Source: an uncultured virus (IMG/VR IMGVR_UViG_3300027797_000014) (lineage: Duplodnaviria > Heunggongvirae > Uroviricota > Caudoviricetes). From it: a DNA stretch of 55,085 nt. The translations under genes and the position numbers were made by a program. Shown here in pieces: positions 19,188 to 25,178 of the stretch. The notes beneath the pieces were generated by a model. The model ran no database searches. It was not told where the DNA came from and worked only from the letters and a program-made list of their open reading frames with translations. Each line of letters begins with the position of its first letter. Positions within the stretch are counted from its first letter, which is position 1. The stretch is taken from IMG/VR virus record IMGVR_UViG_3300027797_000014. The stretch is one strand, 5' to 3'.

Positions 19188-19346
19188 GATTAATTTTTAA
19201 ATGAATAAAGCAACCCAACATACAAAACAGGGTATGAACAGAAAAATATGCTGAGTTACTGTTATTCAATGGTTTTACAAGGCCTAACTACTAGTATAAT
19301 AATATATAATATTACTGGTACTGTTAGTGTGTCACCTGTGATAGTT

Positions 19347-19721
19347 TTAAAATTTGTTTTCTGGTTTAAAGTAATTACCATTTGGTTTCTGTTTTCCAAA
19401 TAATCCTTTGTACTTAAACTGAATAGCAATACAACCTATTAACATTTGAATTTGTCCCGGTGTATCATCATGTGCTATGAAGATACCAAATGCTTGGACA
19501 ATACTTATGTGAAATCTACTGAAGATTGTGGTTTTACTCATATGATAGGAGTAGAATAGAGCATTATACAATACAAATATCAAGGCAAGATGCCAAAGAA
19601 TGATGTATGGTATATGTAAATTGAATAGTTCTTTTATGTTGTATACATAGAAGAAGAGTGCTAATGCTGGTATAGCAATAACTACTGTGAATTTGATTGT
19701 TTTTTTAAGAATGTTTCTCAT
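19347..19721 (-). CDS. Membrane protein
   Basis: Two or more hydrophobic segments. Confidence 0.7.
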   Translation of the reverse strand: MRNILKKTIKFTVVIAIPALALFFYVYNIKELFNLHIPYIILWHLALIFVLYNALFYSYHMSKTTIFSRFHISIVQAFGIFIAHDDTPGQIQMLIGCIAIQFKYKGLFGKQKPNGNYFKPENKF

Positions 19722-19750
19722 GATTGTTTTTTAAATGATTTTTTTAGGTT

Positions 19751-19785
19751 AAAACCTACCGTAACCTGGGTTACGATAAGTTTTT
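19751..19785 (-). terminator. Hairpin between early genes
   Basis: aaaacttatcgtaac-ccag-gttacggtaggtttt on the minus strand. Confidence 0.5.
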
Positions 19786-19786
19786 G

Positions 19787-20323
19787 TTAGTTAAATTCTG
19801 AGTAATACTGCATGTAGTCTTCAATATCATCATCATGATGGATTTCTACCAGATCATTATCTTCTGCTAGTTCTCTTAGTTCATTATTACTTTGAATAGC
19901 ATCTTCAATTTCTTCAATTGACGGTGTTTCTAGTTGATTACGATCTAATTTGAGGTGCTTTTCACCATTAAAGAAATTCACTTGAGGTGAGTTGTCTTCT
20001 GTGTAAAGCATGATTCCAATTTGTGATTTGTACTGAGTGAATACTTCTGGTTTTAAAATGATTACGTTCATATTATTTTGTTTAAGGGTTTGTTTGTCTG
20101 ATTCTTGATGAGGATCTGGTAAATACAATTTGCCTTGATACCAAATACAAAAGGGTTTTCCTAATGTATCAGTAACAATTCTACATGTATCTACTTTTAC
20201 AATGTGATTGTATTCAGGTTGACTGACTACTGTTGTTGGGTACTCTGATGTAAGCATATTATACATATAGCAGAAGTAACAAGATACTATTAATAAATAA
20301 ATTATTATTGATTTAGTACTCAT
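19787..20323 (-). CDS. Hypothetical protein, probably two in-frame genes (internal start 20071)
   Basis: N-terminal TM segment; internal leader-like AAACCCTTAAACAAAATAATATG; acidic C-terminal half. Confidence 0.65.
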   Translation of the reverse strand: MSTKSIIIYLLIVSCYFCYMYNMLTSEYPTTVVSQPEYNHIVKVDTCRIVTDTLGKPFCIWYQGKLYLPDPHQESDKQTLKQNNMNVIILKPEVFTQYKSQIGIMLYTEDNSPQVNFFNGEKHLKLDRNQLETPSIEEIEDAIQSNNELRELAEDNDLVEIHHDDDIEDYMQYYSEFN

Positions 20324-20525
20324 TATTGTATTTCTTTTCTAAATCAGCACCTACTATAACAGAAGGAACCCAACCAAAGATTACCATAAGCATTATTGTG
20401 GCACCATGGGTAGCACAAGATTTTAGATCTGTGGCATCAGATAAGTAATAACCAATAGTGGTTATTGTAAGCCAAGTTAGAAGGAAGGTTGCTATTGCAG
20501 CAAGCATAATTTTTGTTGATTTCAT
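20313..20525 (-). CDS. Small two-TM membrane protein
   Basis: 70 aa, two hydrophobic helices. Confidence 0.7.
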   Translation of the reverse strand: MKSTKIMLAAIATFLLTWLTITTIGYYLSDATDLKSCATHGATIMLMVIFGWVPSVIVGADLEKKYNNEY

Positions 20526-20546
20526 ACGATTGTGGTTTAAGGGTTT

Positions 20547-20579
20547 AAAAATAGCAGGAGTTATTACCTAAACCCCTGC
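20547..20579 (-). terminator. Intrinsic terminator-like hairpin
   Basis: gcaggggtt...aactcctgc followed by tattttt. Confidence 0.55.
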
Positions 20580-20753
20580 AAGAAAATTGGATTGTTTCAG
20601 GCCTTGCACCTTCTTGGGAGCATGTAAACCTCCAGTCTTTGTTCTACATCTGCTAAATGTATTTGGATGTTTCATAGTGAACATCTAAGCTGCATTGTTT
20701 CATCACCGCTTATGCTATGGTCCCTTGAGTTACACATTTAAGTGTAGACTCAA
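20580..20753 (-). ncRNA. Candidate structured non-coding RNA
   Basis: No credible ORF, GC-richer than flanks, several hairpins, TGAAACA three times. Confidence 0.3.
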
Positions 20754-21013
20754 TATTTTACATGACTTAGAATTAAATCTTCATCAGCAGCCCAATTATT
20801 TTCTAATAATCCACGGGCAATTTCTTCAGCATACATGTATTCATGGACAATACCATTTGGCATATATACTGAGTAATAGGGTCTACCTTCATTTTCACCT
20901 GTTGGTTTAATGATGATATTTGTAGAAGAGTATGTATTAGGTTTGACATACTGTGTAGTATTGCAAGAAGCAAGAACTATTGCTAAGATTGCAAATGATA
21001 TTATTTTTTTCAT
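20750..21013 (-). CDS. Putative lipoprotein
   Basis: Start at MKKIISFAILAIVLAS-C lipobox (21013). Confidence 0.7.
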   Translation of the reverse strand: MKKIISFAILAIVLASCNTTQYVKPNTYSSTNIIIKPTGENEGRPYYSVYMPNGIVHEYMYAEEIARGLLENNWAADEDLILSHVKY

Positions 21014-21260
21014 AACTATTTGTTTGAGGTTTTTTAAAGATTCCGGGTGATATGGCACTTATCCTATAGAGAGAGATAAGAATCATATAGGAGAGGAAGA
21101 AGACTATGTATGAGTAACACTAGTAGTAATGTTAGCTATATATATAATAAGAGTTCTTACTATAATTATGATTGTGATTAGAGTATGTATCAGGCAATAT
21201 AAGATCACCCATATACTTTGTAACACACAAATGAATAAAATTTTTGTGAAATAAATAGAA

Positions 21261-21287
21261 AGAGGGATGATTAGTAACCATCCCTCT
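21261..21287 (-). terminator. Hairpin after the 109-aa gene copy A
   Basis: agagggatg/catccctct 9-bp stem, U-rich downstream. Confidence 0.65.
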
Positions 21288-21291
21288 CCAA

Positions 21292-21621
21292 TTAGATTGC
21301 TTCCACCCAATAAAGTGTTGTTTCTTCCCCTGTTACAAGGTCAACTACTTTATTATCAGATAATTTAAAGCCTGGCATCTCATCTCCTGCGTTCAACTTT
21401 TTCTGTAGTTGTGCAATTGTAGGATGATTGGCTTTCATTACTGAGTTAGTCTCTGGATCAATAAGGCTCAATACCCCAAATGTAATACTGTTTTGGGTTC
21501 TTGTTCCAACACTGATGCCGGCTAACGTACCTATCTTTGATTGGATAGGTGCAGATGTAACAATAATGGTAGCAGTTCCTGTGCTATCATTGATTCTCAA
21601 TTTTCTAAAAAATACTGACAT
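21292..21621 (-). CDS. 109-aa early protein, copy A
   Basis: 84/109 identical to 22075-22404, ungapped. Confidence 0.9.
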   Translation of the reverse strand: MSVFFRKLRINDSTGTATIIVTSAPIQSKIGTLAGISVGTRTQNSITFGVLSLIDPETNSVMKANHPTIAQLQKKLNAGDEMPGFKLSDNKVVDLVTGEETTLYWVEAI

Positions 21622-21660
21622 AACTTTTTTTATTTATTTGTTTTATTGCAATAGTGCAAC

Positions 21661-21718
21661 AATTAGCTGGGGAGCAGAGAGGAGCTGCGCGGAGCGCAGC
21701 AGCTGGAGAGCAGAAAGG
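21661..21718. repeat. Three tandem 18-nt AGCTG-initiated units; the middle one is a GGA-triloop hairpin
   Basis: AGCTGGGGAGCAGAGAGG / AGCTGCGCGGAGCGCAGC / AGCTGGAGAGCAGAAAGG. Confidence 0.8.
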
Positions 21719-21812
21719 TATGCGTAGTGGAAGTTAGGTAGAAGAATTGGTAACACCTGCAATAGTATGCGTGGTGCCCCTTAAGTCAAAAAAGAAGAAT
21801 TAGTAACCAAAT

Positions 21813-21842
21813 AAAAAGAGAGGAGCTTTTACACTCCTCTCT
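21813..21842 (-). terminator. Intrinsic terminator, loop UGUAAAAG
   Basis: agagaggag/ctcctctct stem plus U-run. Confidence 0.7.
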
Positions 21843-21847
21843 CAATG

Positions 21848-22009
21848 TTAGTTGAATAGTTCACTTAGGTTTTTACACAACAGTGGATACTTTTCTTTTA
21901 GTTCCTCAATAGACATTTGCGTTTGGTCATTATCAGTAGATACTACTACTGCACATTGACTTACATTTGGTGCATACAAAAATTGCACTTCTACCACATT
22001 TTCTTCCAT
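21848..22009 (-). CDS. Small hypothetical protein (53 aa)
   Basis: MEENVVEVQFLYAPNVSQCAVVVSTDNDQTQMSIEELKEKYPLLCKNLSELFN; A-rich leader, terminator after the stop. Confidence 0.65.
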   Translation of the reverse strand: MEENVVEVQFLYAPNVSQCAVVVSTDNDQTQMSIEELKEKYPLLCKNLSELFN

Positions 22010-22039
22010 ATTATATTTTGATTTAATAATTTTTAATTA

Positions 22040-22065
22040 AAGGGAGTGCTGTTACACACTCCCTT
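22040..22065 (-). terminator. Hairpin after the 109-aa gene copy B, loop UGUAACAG
   Basis: aagggagtg/cactccctt 9-bp stem. Confidence 0.65.
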
Positions 22066-22074
22066 GTTCTGATG

Positions 22075-22404
22075 TTACACAGCCTCAATCCACATTAGGG
22101 TTGTTAGCTCACCAGTTTGAATATCAACCACAGGGTTGGTACTCATTTGGAATCCTGGCATTTCATCACCAGCATTTAGTTTCTTTTGCAAGGCTAGAAT
22201 AGTTGGGTGATTAGCCTTCATTACCTGATTAGTTTCAGGGTCAATAAGACTTAATACTCCAAAGTTTACACTACCTTGTGTGCGTGTGCCCACGTTCATT
22301 CCAGCAAGTGTAGTTTGCTTGCTTGTGATTGGTCTGTCTGTAGCAATGATAGTTGCTGTTCCAGTAGACTCATTGATTCTTAATTTTCTGAAGAAAACAC
22401 TCAT
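22075..22404 (-). CDS. 109-aa early protein, copy B
   Basis: Paralog of 21292-21621; first gene of the left arm. Confidence 0.9.
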   Translation of the reverse strand: MSVFFRKLRINESTGTATIIATDRPITSKQTTLAGMNVGTRTQGSVNFGVLSLIDPETNQVMKANHPTILALQKKLNAGDEMPGFQMSTNPVVDIQTGELTTLMWIEAV

Positions 22405-22463
22405 GATATTTTATTTTATTTATTTTTTGGGTACCACAGACGCGGGGGTACCCTCACCGCAAA

Positions 22464-22510
22464 AATTAGCTGGGGAGCAATTTGGTAGTAGGTACCACCA
22501 ATGCAATACA
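22464..22510 (-). promoter_or_regulatory. Conserved upstream element shared with 21661-21767
   Basis: AATTAGCTGGGGAGCA identical in both; GGTAnCACC..TGCAATA also shared. Confidence 0.6.
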
Positions 22511-22594
22511 CATAACATTTATAAAAACCATTATTTTTTTTGGGGACAAAAAATTTTTTTGAGTTCCCGTAATAAAGTTCTGTGAAAATTATTT

Positions 22595-22623
22595 TATATT
22601 TGTCTAATTAATTTGTATATTAT
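22595..22623 (+). promoter_or_regulatory. Tandem promoter elements for the right arm (TATATTTG, TATATTAT)
   Basis: At 22595-22602 and 22616-22623, upstream of 22657. Confidence 0.55.
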
Positions 22624-22656
22624 TCCTATAGAAGCATTATTAATAGATAATAAAAG

Positions 22657-22941
22657 ATGGCAATTAAAAAAGACTCTAGGTTAGCAAGTGCAGGGGTGGC
22701 CGGTTACAATAAACCAAAACGTACTCCGTCACATCCAACTAAGTCACATGTAGTTGTGGCTAAAGAAGGTGCTACTGTAAAGACAATTAGATTTGGCCAA
22801 CAAGGTGTGAGTGGTGCCGGGGCAAATCCTAGCACACCAAAAGATAAGGCTAGACAGAAATCATTCAAGGCTAGACACGGGGCAAATATTGCTAAAGGCA
22901 AAATGTCTGCAGCGTACTGGGCCGATAAAGTAAAATGGTAA
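22657..22941 (+). CDS. Small basic phage protein
   Basis: 94 aa K/R/G-rich; IRFGQQG, SFKARH, SAAYWADKVKW. Confidence 0.85.
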   Translation: MAIKKDSRLASAGVAGYNKPKRTPSHPTKSHVVVAKEGATVKTIRFGQQGVSGAGANPSTPKDKARQKSFKARHGANIAKGKMSAAYWADKVKW

Positions 22942-23120
22942 TGGCAAAAGCAAAATCAAAAGTAAACGCTGCAGGTAACTACACCAAACCGGGAATGCGT
23001 AAGACTCTTTTTAATAAGATTAAGGCGGGTACAAAGGGTGGTGATCCTGGTGAGTGGTCTGCACGTAAAGCACAACTACTTGCTGTTCAATATAAAAAAG
23101 CAGGAGGAGGATACAAATGA
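22941..23120 (+). CDS. Small basic protein (DUF5872-like N-terminal half)
   Basis: GEWSARKAQLLAVQYKKAGGGY; TAATG coupling. Confidence 0.8.
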   Translation: MAKAKSKVNAAGNYTKPGMRKTLFNKIKAGTKGGDPGEWSARKAQLLAVQYKKAGGGYK

Positions 23121-23287
23121 AAGGCGTAAATCACTACAAGAAAGATGGTACACTTTATAAAGGTGGTAGTCATAAAATGCCTGATGGTTCATTGCATTCA
23201 GGAAAGACACATGGTAAAACAAGTGTAAAGTTATTTCATTTGAAAGAACTGTCTCAAACAGTTCAGAATAAAATAAAGAAAAAGTAA
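23117..23287 (+). CDS. Small basic His-rich protein (56 aa)
   Basis: MKGVNHYKKDGTLYKGGSHKMPDGSLHSGKTHGKTSVKLFHLKELSQTVQNKIKKK; coupled at both ends; not in ORF track. Confidence 0.75.
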   Translation: MKGVNHYKKDGTLYKGGSHKMPDGSLHSGKTHGKTSVKLFHLKELSQTVQNKIKKK

Positions 23288-23523
23288 TGGCATTAGCTAA
23301 ATCACAAGAATCACTTAAGAAGTGGGGTAATGAGAAATGGAAGACCTCAGACGGGAAACCGTCTAAAGGTAAGAAAAGGTATTTGCCTTCTGCAGCATGG
23401 GATGCATTAAGTGCTTCTGAGAAAGCAGCTACTAATAAAGCCAAGGCAGCAGGTAATGCCAAAGGAAAACAATTCGTAAAGCAACCAAAATCTGTGGCTA
23501 AGAAAGCTGCAAAATTTAGATAA
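23287..23523 (+). CDS. Small basic protein (DUF5872-like C-terminal half)
   Basis: QESLKKWGNEKWKTSDG..RYLPSAAWDALS..EKAATN..GKQFV. Confidence 0.8.
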   Translation: MALAKSQESLKKWGNEKWKTSDGKPSKGKKRYLPSAAWDALSASEKAATNKAKAAGNAKGKQFVKQPKSVAKKAAKFR

Positions 23524-23553
23524 CTGTAAAAAATAAACTTTAAAATAAAAATT

Positions 23554-24147
23554 ATGAAAACTGTAAAGAAAATGCAAATGGGCGGAACTATGATGTCTGA
23601 CTCAACAATGATGAAAAAAGGTGGTTCTGTAAAAGCTAAGAAAGCTAAAATGGAAAAAGGTGGAGCAATGAAAGATGTACCAGCTGGTAAAAAAGGATTA
23701 GCTAAACTTCCAACAGAAGTTAGAAACAAAATGGGTTACAAAAAATATGGTGGTGGTACAGGCAAAGCACAATCTGGTGCAGAAATTAGAGAAGCTCAAC
23801 AAAAAAAAATTAATGAAAACCTAGATAGAAAACCTTCTGAATATTTTTCACCAGCAGGTGTTTATAAAGAAGGCAGATTATCAGAAGCTAATAGACCTAA
23901 AACACAAACGAATGGTCAAATAGGTATGAATACTTATTCTGCTCCTAAAATAACAAAGGATACTGCTACTGCTCCCCCTATGAAAAGCAAAGGTGGTGCA
24001 ATAAAATATGGTATGGGTGGTGCTGCACCTAAGAAAAAAATGGGAGGTTCTGCACCTAAAGCTAGCATGGGTGGTTCTATGAAATACGGAATGGGCGGTG
24101 CCATGAAAGCTAAGATGGGTGGAGCTATGAAAACAAAGAAGAAGTAA
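23554..24147 (+). CDS. Basic Met/Lys/Gly-rich protein with xxGG repeats
   Basis: Repeats MQMGG, MKKGG, MEKGG, KKYGG, YGMGG, AKMGG. Confidence 0.85.
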   Translation: MKTVKKMQMGGTMMSDSTMMKKGGSVKAKKAKMEKGGAMKDVPAGKKGLAKLPTEVRNKMGYKKYGGGTGKAQSGAEIREAQQKKINENLDRKPSEYFSPAGVYKEGRLSEANRPKTQTNGQIGMNTYSAPKITKDTATAPPMKSKGGAIKYGMGGAAPKKKMGGSAPKASMGGSMKYGMGGAMKAKMGGAMKTKKK

Positions 24148-24392
24148 TGGCTAAGTTAACCGCAGGAAATGAAAAGCATGTGGTTTACAAAAAAGCCAAC
24201 AAAGTAGGTAAAGGTAAACCGGGGGATATCATTGTAGACCATCCTAGTATAAATAAAGGTAAGTGGGATAAAATTAATCTTACCCAAAAAGCTGGGGCTA
24301 AAACTATTAAACAAGGTGTAGCAGCAACAAAGAAATGGCACAAAGAAAATCCCCCAATGCCTAAAGGAACTCAAAAGAAAAAGAAAAAATAA
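24147..24392 (+). CDS. Small basic protein
   Basis: 81 aa, Lys-rich, coupled. Confidence 0.75.
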   Translation: MAKLTAGNEKHVVYKKANKVGKGKPGDIIVDHPSINKGKWDKINLTQKAGAKTIKQGVAATKKWHKENPPMPKGTQKKKKK

Positions 24393-24550
24393 TGAAAATT
24401 AATATTACACAGGCTTGGGTTAATGATGTGGAAGAGTTTAGGGTTTACGCTAATCAAGAATTAGTGGCTAAATTTCCTGATCAAGAAAGTGCAATTGAGC
24501 ACGTTAAAGAATTAGTGCTATTAAAGTTAGAACCAAATGAAGGAAATTGA
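24392..24550 (+). CDS. Small hypothetical protein (52 aa)
   Basis: MKINITQAWVNDVEEFRVYANQELVAKFPDQESAIEHVKELVLLKLEPNEGN; TAATG coupling. Confidence 0.6.
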   Translation: MKINITQAWVNDVEEFRVYANQELVAKFPDQESAIEHVKELVLLKLEPNEGN

Positions 24551-24788
24551 TTTAATTAAATTAGGATTTGAGCGTGTTGATGAAACACCTGAGTCAAGCG
24601 GAAGCTCACAACCTTGGTATTATTATACTAAGGATGTGGGTAAAGTGGGCTTCTTATCTAATGACAGTGATTCAGATGAAGCTAAAGTTGGTAAGTGGAG
24701 CGTTGATGTTTTAGACGGAGATATTGTTTTCAATAAAGCGTCAGAACTGAAAACCGTAATTACTTTATTAGAAAAGAATAGAATTTAA
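24537..24788 (+). CDS. Hypothetical protein
   Basis: 83 aa, DLIKLGF N-terminus. Confidence 0.75.
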   Translation: MKEIDLIKLGFERVDETPESSGSSQPWYYYTKDVGKVGFLSNDSDSDEAKVGKWSVDVLDGDIVFNKASELKTVITLLEKNRI

Positions 24789-24828
24789 AAATAAATCCAT
24801 TAAACTTTTTTTATTTAAACTATTATTA

Positions 24829-24836
24829 TATATTTG
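24829..24836 (+). promoter_or_regulatory. Bacteroidota -7 element TATATTTG
   Basis: Intergenic, 30 nt upstream of 24867. Confidence 0.6.
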
Positions 24837-24866
24837 CAATGTATTGTTTAACTAAAAAAATAAAAA

Positions 24867-25175
24867 ATGGCACAATTAAAAACCTCCAATCCTTTAGATG
24901 AGAAAGAACCTATTCTAACTAAAGAAGAACTAAATGCACGTAGAGAAGAAATCAGTGCATTCTACAAAGACAACATTCCACATTTAGAAGTACAAGCAGA
25001 GTATGAAATGCTTTTAGCTACTATTGAGAAATCAAGAGCTGAAAGATTACAGGCTCAAATGTATATGGCACAAGCCTATGCTTCTCAAAAAGAAGGTGGG
25101 CAAGTACCAGTTGATTCAGAAGAAGCAAGAGCTTTTAAAGAGGCAATGGAAAATGCTGCATCTCAAATAGACTAA
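24867..25175 (+). CDS. Hypothetical helical protein
   Basis: 102 aa ORF. Confidence 0.75.
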   Translation: MAQLKTSNPLDEKEPILTKEELNARREEISAFYKDNIPHLEVQAEYEMLLATIEKSRAERLQAQMYMAQAYASQKEGGQVPVDSEEARAFKEAMENAASQID

Positions 25176-25178
25176 ACT

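Larger units (their letters stand above)
1..22404 (-). other. Phage early/replication arm (crAss-like phage)
   Basis: Nearly all credible ORFs are on the minus strand and tightly coupled; they encode primase, helicases, UDG, resolvase and tRNAs. Confidence 0.9.

Noticed and set aside
20690..20712. Hammerhead ribozyme (TGATGAAAC on the minus strand)
   Set aside because: The core CUGANGA is not matched (GGUGAUGA) and there is no stem II between GA and GAAA
21104..21310. 68-aa hydrophobic ORF (holin-like)
   Set aside because: TTG start inside the upstream gene and runs through a terminator hairpin; hydrophobicity follows from AT-rich DNA
21665..21718. Mini-CRISPR array
   Set aside because: Only 18-nt units with an 18-nt palindromic middle; too short, no leader or cas genes
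21428..22585. Plus-strand ORFs 21428-21727 and 22280-22585 that resemble each other
   Set aside because: The similarity is the antisense image of the duplicated 109-aa genes; non-ATG starts
23076..23729. 217-aa minus-strand ORF
   Set aside because: Antisense shadow of the Lys-rich plus-strand genes, with F/L-rich mirror composition
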